Below are positions 56,920 through 64,000 of a DNA stretch of 64,000 nt, piece after piece (positions within the stretch are counted from its first letter, which is position 1; each line of letters starts with the position of its first letter). Position numbers and translations under genes: made by a program. The notes under the pieces were generated by a model. That model was not told where the DNA came from and did not search any database. It saw only the letters and a program-made list of their open reading frames with translations. The DNA is taken from assembly GCA_004431415.1 (NCBI GenBank), contig QPMI01000015.1, positions 186,001 through 250,000 on the forward strand. The letters run 5' to 3'. This stretch comes from Cyanophora paradoxa CCMP329 (taxonomy: Eukaryota > Plantae > Glaucophyta).

Positions 56920-58953
56920 CTACAGCTGCGTCTCCTCATCAAGCTCCCCCTCCTGGGGCTGCTCCCTCTCGGCGACAAAGGGTACATCCGGGCCGCAAAG
57001 AGCCCGGAAGCGGTCGTGGGCCCAATTTGCCATCTCGTCGGCGTCCAGGCTTGTGGAGTACGGGATGGAGCTCAGTCCCTCCAGCGTCCCCAGTGTGCCC
57101 TCGAGATCAGATGTCGAAGGCACCCTCCAGCTCGATGACCAGAGGGGCTGTAGAGAAATGCCGCTGACGATTGCTTCGGCATCCTCCTTGGCGCTCTCTC
57201 CGTGGGAAACGACGTGGAGGACAACTGTGAGCAAAAACAAGTCACGTCGAGATTGCTAGGATGACACCATAGATCAACATGACGCACATTTATCTGCGGG
57301 AGCACATGATATTGAGTAATCGTACTGGATGAGATGCACCACGCTCTTGTTGCCAGCTGAGTTGGGGGGGATGATGAAAAACATGCACTGTTGCTTTGGC
57401 CCGTCACTACTGTCATCCTGTGCCAGAGGCTGTCCCAGGATGTGGACCGATCTCCAACAAGGGCTAGGGCTAAAATGAGAAGAATGGCGATGCAAAAGGC
57501 AATCTATAGCAAACCTTGCTGTGCCTGTCGAAAGGTGCACGGCCTTGCCGTTCCACAGCTGGCCAGTGGAGTCCACAATGCCAGCGATGCCCCCAGATGC
57601 ATCTCTGCAGATTGATGTCACAGGTCTCCGAAGAACATGGATGCCACCAAACACAGCACAGTATCTGCAGTCACGATTCAGAATGCTTCCAGTCAGTGAA
57701 ACGGGATCTTTTGCCTGCTGAAGCCCTGTGCAAGTTCCCCAAGTCCATAGTTTGGTATGAGATGCGGCTGCGGTCCGTATCGGCCAACTGAAGAGATGTA
57801 CTTCTTGACCAGCGACATGCCTTGTTGTGCACTCACTGAGCGGGTCTATCAGAAAAAGAGCTGCGTGCAAGGGGGTGCACACACATTGCTTCTCATCGGT
57901 CCGACAGAGAGCAATGGCGTACATGATGATATCCTGGAGCTGAACTGAGAGTCCCTGTGATGCGAGAAATTCCCTAAATGGGACATCACTTGGAACTGCA
58001 GGTGCAGAAGCGGATGTTTCTCCAGTGCTCGAAACAAGCTCCGTGCAGGATGTCATAAACTTCATCAGGGCACGCTTTTCAGGCAATGACAGAAGCTTGC
58101 TCTGGAAGATGTCGCCCTTCGAAGATGGTATCTAATGGAGAGGCGAGTCAGGGCCGAAACAAGGGAAAACCAAGCTCAGTGGAGGTGTCAGTCACCCTGT
58201 GGAATTCGCCCTTGACGTGGATGAAGGTTCCTTGCACTGCCCGAAAATCCACATACGAAGAGACGTTTGAGCGGATGAGGGCATCCACCATGGCCCCAGT
58301 TGCGAAGATTAACTGTGCAAACAGTTCAGCCAACTTCTGAACAATTTTCAAGAGAAGAAGTACCCTTGGCATCAGATCGAATGTGAAGGCGCGCTGGTCC
58401 AGCCCCACCTACGCCTCGACAAAGAAAGGAGAGATAGGCATCAATGTGGGGTTGCGTGCGCACAGGGGGCAGGGTCGCACAGGCAGGGCGGGAACGGCAG
58501 CATCGCGCAGAACGGCTGCCGATGTAGCGAGGGGTTCGGCTATGGGCACGCGTTCGACATCTGGCTGAGCGCCGGCCGCAGCCGCATCTGGCGCCGGCAG
58601 CTGCAAGCGCGGGCTCACATGACGCCTGCAGACAGTGCGCGAAGGCGCACCTCGTCATCGGAGGCCGAGTCGTCACTGGACGCGATACCGGAAACCTTCT
58701 GTAGCTGCTGAACATCAAGGCTCGCGTCCAGCTGCCCATACCAGCCGGCAGGCTCGAGGTGCAGGACCTTCTTCCCAGCCTGTGCGAGCGCGCCGGCGAG
58801 GAGGGACGCTGTGATGGAGCTACCCACAAATATGTGGTCGTACTCGACGGACTCCGGCGGCGGCGGCTGCGACGGCGTCGCCGCGGCCGGCTCGGGCGCT
58901 GCGCTGCTCGGCGCGTCGCCCTCCTGCGGCCGCACCGACTCTGCAGGCGCCAT
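56920..58953 (-). CDS. REP: Rab escort protein (GDI/REP family)
   Basis: EYDHIFVGSS..SLLAGALAQAGKKVLHLE...YG, FTFDLMPR, VDALIRSNVSSYVDF, IPSSKGDIF..LSLPEKRALMKF, GRYG..PNYGLGELAQGFSRYCAVFGG. Confidence 0.9.
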
Positions 58954-59410
58954 ATCCGCGCCTTGAAGCGCTTCCCGAGCCGCTGCAAGCGCTTAGCGGC
59001 TGCGGGCCCCGACGCACTTCGGCGCTCGTAGGCGCGCTTGTCTAGCTGCGCGCGGCGTCTAGCTGTTAGGCGCGAGCTATCTGCGACGCCTGCGACGCCT
59101 GCAATTGCAAACACACGGGCGGGTGATGCGTACCCCAGCACGGCGGGGGGGGGGGGGAAACTGCGACTTGTCAAAACGTGTCGCTTGTGGGTGCGAGTTT
59201 GACAAGCGGCCGGCGTTCGATCTTCGGGTGAGTAGCCGAGCGGACAACGTTTCATTTGAGAGCGATAAGTCGCAGCTGCACTCCAAACCGAGCGCCCCAC
59301 ATCTAGTCGTAGCAGACAGACCAGACCGGAGCAGGCGCGTGGGCCGTTGAGAGAGGTCTGAGCTCTAGCTAAGCTGTCAACTTCGCGAAGCACCGGCAGC
59401 GGTCCCAGCG

Positions 59411-62400
59411 ATGAGCCGCTACACTGAGATCCGGCAAGTCGGCAAAGGCGCCTTCGGGTGCGCCGTCCTCGTTAAGAGCAAGGAGGATGGGCATGAGTAC
59501 ATCATGAAAAAGATCAACGGTGCGCTTCGCGCCGCGCAGCTAGCGCCGGACGCGCTGCAGCTAGAGCTGAGGGCGCTCCTCCGCTGCAGTCGCCCGCCTG
59601 AAGCCCCGCGAGCGGGAGGAGGCCGAGAACGAGGTGAAGGTCCTGCAGGGGCTCCGTCACCCTCAGGTCGTGCGATACAAGGAGAGCTTCATCGAGGGCG
59701 GCAACCTCTGCATCATCATGGTCCGCCCTCCGACCCTCGGCCGGCTCGCGCGAGCGCTCCCGCCGCGGCGCGGCTCACGCGAGCGCCCTTCAGGAATACT
59801 GCGCGGGCGGCGATCTTCAGAAGCAGGTGGTCAGGATGAAGTCCAAGGGCTCGTACTTCCCCGAGCAGGTCCGCTGGGCTTTTGCGCTCGGCGCGTGAGC
59901 AACCTCGATCTGATGCCTGCGCGCAGCAAATTCTGGACTGGTTTGTGCAGATCTGCCTCGCTGTGCGTCGGGCCGGGACGCGCGCACCCGCTCCGTCTCT
60001 AACTCCCCTCCCAGCTGAAGCATATGCACGACCGCAAAATCATGCACCGGTCCGCCCCTTCTTTTCTCGGCACGGAATCTTCCTTTTCTGAGCGATGGCG
60101 CCTCGCAGGGACCTTAAGACGCTGAACATCTTCCTTTCCGGGGACGGCAAGATCGTCAAGGTCGGCGACTTCGGCATCGCGCGTGTCCTCAACGGCACCA
60201 TGGAGCTCGCCCGCACGCTCGTCGGCACGGTGCGGCTCGGTTGCGAGGCGCCGCCCCCCTCCTCCGCCCTGCCTCACGCGCCCCCCGCAGCCCTACTACT
60301 TCTCCCCCGAGATCTGCCGCGAGAAGCCCTACAGCAACAAGACGGACATCTGGTCGCTGGGCGTCGTTCTCTACGAGCTATGCAGCCTGAAGTGCCCCTT
60401 CGACGGGGCCAGCATGCAGGCCCTCATCCAGAAGATCATGTACGGCACCTACGCCCCCATCCCCGCTCAGTACTCCTCCGTGCGCCCTCCCCTCCGGCCC
60501 GAACCGCCCTCCCGCCCGCCCGCCCGTCTTTCCCGAGCTCACCCGGCCCGGACCACGCAGGACATGCGGGATTTGATCCGTGTCATGCTTGAGCGGGACC
60601 CCGCCAAGCGGCCCTCGATCAACGACGTGCGCCTCCGCGCCGAGGACCTCGGGGCCCCCTCTGGTGGCCTGACGCGCCCCCGCGCAGCTGCTGAGGACGC
60701 CCGTCTGCGCGGCGCGCATCGCCCAGTTCATGTCAGACACGCTCATCCGCCAGGAGTTCTCCCACACCGTCCTCCACCGCTTCTCGTGCGTCCGTCCTCC
60801 CGACCATGCGCCCTTCCTCGCGTGCTCGTATCTAAGCGAGCGGATTTGGGGGCGCAGGCCCCACCGCGAGGTGAAGGAGGTCCTCCGCCAGATCGACGGC
60901 AAGCCGGAGGCCAAGCCGGCCCCGGCCGCCGCCAACGGCGGTCCCCGCCTTTCCCCGCCGGCACCCGCCGCCGGCCCGCCGGCGCCCCCCGCGGCACAGG
61001 CGAAAGTGGGGCGCCCCGCGTACGTCGACTTCGTGGCGAAGGCGAACGAGATCAAGAGGCAGCTGGAGGAGCGGGCGGCGCGGGCGGCCGTGGAGGTGAA
61101 GGCGCGGCAGGAGGAGCAGCTGGCGCGCATGGCGGCCGACCGCCAGCGCAAGGAGGAGGACGCCAAGGCGCGCGCCGCCAAGGATCGACGGGACGCCGAG
61201 GACGCGGAGCGCAAGGAGAAGCTCAAGGAGCAGAAGCTCAAGGAGCAGGCCGAGCAGCGCCGGCGGGACATCTACGAGGCGAACGGCGCCGGCGCCGCGG
61301 CCGCCTCCCCCGCGAGGCCGGCGCTGGGGCAGTCCCCCTCGCGACCCGCCCTCGCCCCCTCCCCCTCGAAGGAGGCCCTCCTCAAGGACGCCGCCCGGTG
61401 CGCGCTCTTACGTCGGACAGATTTGATTGCAGCTCGCGCTTACGCTTCGCTCCTCGCAGCGCGGCGAAGTACGGGGCGCCCGCGGCGGCCTCCCCTGCGG
61501 CGGCGGCGGCCCCCGCGCGGCCGGCGAGCGGCTCGCCGGCGGACGCGGAGATCCGGCGGCGCATCTACGAGGAGCAGAAGGCCGCGGCGGACCGGAACAA
61601 GCAGAAGTGCATGGAGCAGATCGTCGGGCCGCCGGCGGCCGCGGCGGGGCGCGCCCCCGAGCGGGACGCGCGCGACGCGGTGCTGCGGCGGCGCGAGGAG
61701 GAGAAGGCCGCTCAGGAGCGCGAGCACCTCGCCCGCCTCGAGGCCGAGCGCCGCGAGCTCTACGCGGCCCGCAAGGAGCAGCGCGCCGGCGCCGCGCAGG
61801 AGCCGGCGGCGGCCCCCGCGGCCCCCGCGGCGAACGGGGCGAACGCAAAGGAGGCGGTGCTTGCGGCGAAGGAGCGGGAGCGGAGGGAGCAGGAGGAGGC
61901 GTACCGGCGGGCCCTCGAGGACGCCCGCCGGCAGGCCCACCAGGAGAAGAAGGACGCCCAGCAGCGCGCCGCCGGCGCCGTCGCCGCCACCGCCCCCGAC
62001 GACGAGATTTACCCCATCCAGTGCGCCGCCCCCCCCCCCGCCCCTCTCCCTCTCTGTACCCCCACCCCCCTGAGCCCGCCTTCGTTCGCAGGGAGGCGAC
62101 GGAGAGCGACCTGGCGGACATGGTGGAGGACATCGCGAACCTCGACCTGGACCGCGACCCCTACCGCGACGAGGAGGCCGCCGCCGCCGTCGACGCCAAG
62201 GTTCCCCCCTTCCCCCTTCAGTTTTCTTAGAGAGCCCCGCCGACTGTGGGTCGCAGCTGCCCGACAAGTTCTACCTCAACGGGAAGACGCTGGACTTCGG
62301 GCCGGCTGTGGCGCAGAGCGGCTTCCACCGCGTCGAGGCGCTCCGCATGTACCTCGAGCAGCAGCTCGGCGACGCCTGCTTCCGCGACGTGCGCCTGCCC

Positions 62401-62597
62401 CTCTTTAATTGCGACTGTGCAGACTTGACTTCTTCTGATGTCTTCTGCAGTCGTACGCGTGCATCAAGGAGGCGCGCGATGCGGAGGACGAGGTCGCCTC
62501 GGACCGCAAGCTGATGAAGATCATGGGCGCCAAGATCGACTGCGCCTGCCTCATCCACCAGCTCATCTACTGCGAGGAGATTATGTACAGCATGTGA
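59411..62597 (+). CDS. NEK1: NIMA-related kinase, NEK1-like
   Basis: GKGAFG, HRDLK, DFG, GT-PYYFSPE, DIWSLG; coiled coils; NEK1-type C-terminus [14 protein letters not shown]...LIHQLIYCE. Confidence 0.92.
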
Positions 62598-62898
62598 GGG
62601 CCTCCATTGTCGTCGGCCCATCGAGAGGCTCGCTTTGCGAGTCGTCTGCGCATGCCTTGTCAAGTTGTGTATCATAGTGCTCGGCCTGGCCCGTCACAGC
62701 GTTTCTGCATCTGGGCCCTGAAGCTGTATTCGAAAACGTCGATAGGCTAGGCTAGGAATCAATTCTCTCAGCAGTTGTATGTGAACGCCGCGCAGATGTA
62801 CCAGTCGATGTCGTGATTGTAATGTCATAGAATAATACAACACCTCTGCACGCGTACATGTACAAGCCAGATCTCGCAATACTATGATGGCCGCTGAG

Positions 62899-64000
62899 CT
62901 AGAAGCCAAACATGTCGCGGGGCCGCCCCTGCAGGTCGGCGATGCTGATGGAGATGCCGCCGCCCTTGGGCGGCTCCACGTCCGGGGCCCGCCGCTCGCG
63001 GGGCCGCGGGTGCACGCCCTCCCGGTCCTCCTCCGCCGCCGCCTCGTCGCCGACCCGCAGCGCCTCCTCGCGCCAGGCGCGGTGCGCGGCGATCTGCGGC
63101 TCCATCGCCACGCGGCGCGCGTCCTCCTCGCTGTAGGGCCGCGAGACGTGCCGGAAGAGGGCCGGCAGGGCCAGCATCGCGTAGATCGCGAGGCCGGCGC
63201 GGGCGGCCCGGAAGCAGAGGTCAGGCCCCAGGGCCGTCGCGGCGCGGAGCTCGAGGGGATGGAGGGGCAGGGCCCAGGTGAGGGCGGCGGAGGGGACGCC
63301 GGGCTCGAGGGGTACGCGGAGGGCGAGGGCGCGGAGGCGGGGGGCGAGGGCGACGGCGGTGGCGGCCCAGGCCACGGAGCGCCAGGCTGAGTAGGCGGCG
63401 AGGAGGCCGCGGGCGCGGCGGAGCCCCGCGGCGGCGATGTCGTCGGGGGAGGGCGGGCGCGGGGTGCAGCCGGCGGCGGTGCGGTCGCGGGGCCAGCGGC
63501 GCTCGTACGCGGCGAGGAGGGCGCCGATGCCGTCCCTGAGGCGGCGGTGGGCGGCGGCGACGGAGGGCGAGGCGAGGGCGGCGGCGGAGAGGAGGAGCGC
63601 CGCGGTCTCGATGGGAAGGGCCAGCGGGTGGACCGCGCCCCGGAAGAGGAAGGCGGGTACGCGGGCCGCGGCGGCGACGAAGTAGGCGTGGAGGGAGACG
63701 AGGAGGGGGCCGAGGCGGGGTACGTCGAGCAGGAGGCTGGCCTCCTGCAGGGCCAGGGGCGCGGCGAGGAGGATGGGGGGGAGGAGGAGCGCCTCGGCCG
63801 CGCGCCAGCGGAGGACCCACTCGGCGGGTACGATCCCCGCCGCCGCCGCAATGGACGCGACGGTCGCCGCGGGCGTGGCGGGGGCCGGAAGGGGCGGCGC
63901 GGCGGCGGGGGCGCCGGGAGGGCGGGGTCGGAAGCGGAGCGGCAGGGCCGGGAGGGGGCGGGGGCCGCAGGAAGCGGGCCGGGGCGGGGACGGGGACGGG
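62899..64000 (-). CDS. 3' part of a hypothetical membrane protein (truncated by window end)
   Basis: A continuous open frame with several hydrophobic segments ends GRPRDMFGF*. Confidence 0.55.
   Translation of the reverse strand, partial: PSPSPPRPASCGPRPLPALPLRFRPRPPGAPAAAPPLPAPATPAATVASIAAAAGIVPAEWVLRWRAAEALLLPPILLAAPLALQEASLLLDVPRLGPLLVSLHAYFVAAAARVPAFLFRGAVHPLALPIETAALLLSAAALASPSVAAAHRRLRDGIGALLAAYERRWPRDRTAAGCTPRPPSPDDIAAAGLRRARGLLAAYSAWRSVAWAATAVALAPRLRALALRVPLEPGVPSAALTWALPLHPLELRAATALGPDLCFRAARAGLAIYAMLALPALFRHVSRPYSEEDARRVAMEPQIAAHRAWREEALRVGDEAAAEEDREGVHPRPRERRAPDVEPPKGGGISISIADLQGRPRDMFGF

Overview
This is eukaryotic nuclear DNA: GC-rich, gene-dense and full of short (about 50-90 nt) spliceosomal introns, so most ORFs in the supplied track are exon fragments or antisense shadows. 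A Phe-type plastid transit peptide on the RlmD-like gene (MERPAFV...QFLG), together with the GC content and intron style, suggests a glaucophyte such as Cyanophora or a related archaeplastid. That assignment is inference, not a lookup. Manual splicing gives about 25 protein-coding genes. Recognisable ones are a SixA-like phosphohistidine phosphatase, an LRR-PWWP-coiled-coil protein, a FLASH/CASP8AP2-like protein, CDIN1/C15orf41, KdsA, a degenerate GT4 glycosyltransferase, Yos1/IER3IP1, Arv1, a WRN/EXD-type exonuclease, a histidine acid phosphatase, an ankyrin-TRP channel, an NT-C2+DIL protein, a plastid RlmD/TrmA methyltransferase, cyclin A, RBM26/27, serine acetyltransferase, NDUFA2, Rab escort protein and a NEK1-like kinase. 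Several genes remain unknown. I found no rRNA, convincing tRNA, CRISPR array or autonomous transposon. The most interesting signals are: (1) a FLASH N-terminal module, known from animal U7-dependent histone mRNA processing, in a non-animal; (2) non-coding DNA packed with nested short palindromes, with one diverged repeat pair that appears to capture the palindrome-forming insertion process; (3) frequent GC-AG introns; (4) a prokaryote-type SixA carrying an intron; (5) an ankyrin array built by tandem duplication of an exon+intron unit. All exon structures and family assignments were made by eye and from memory of the families, so they need RNA-seq and HMM confirmation.
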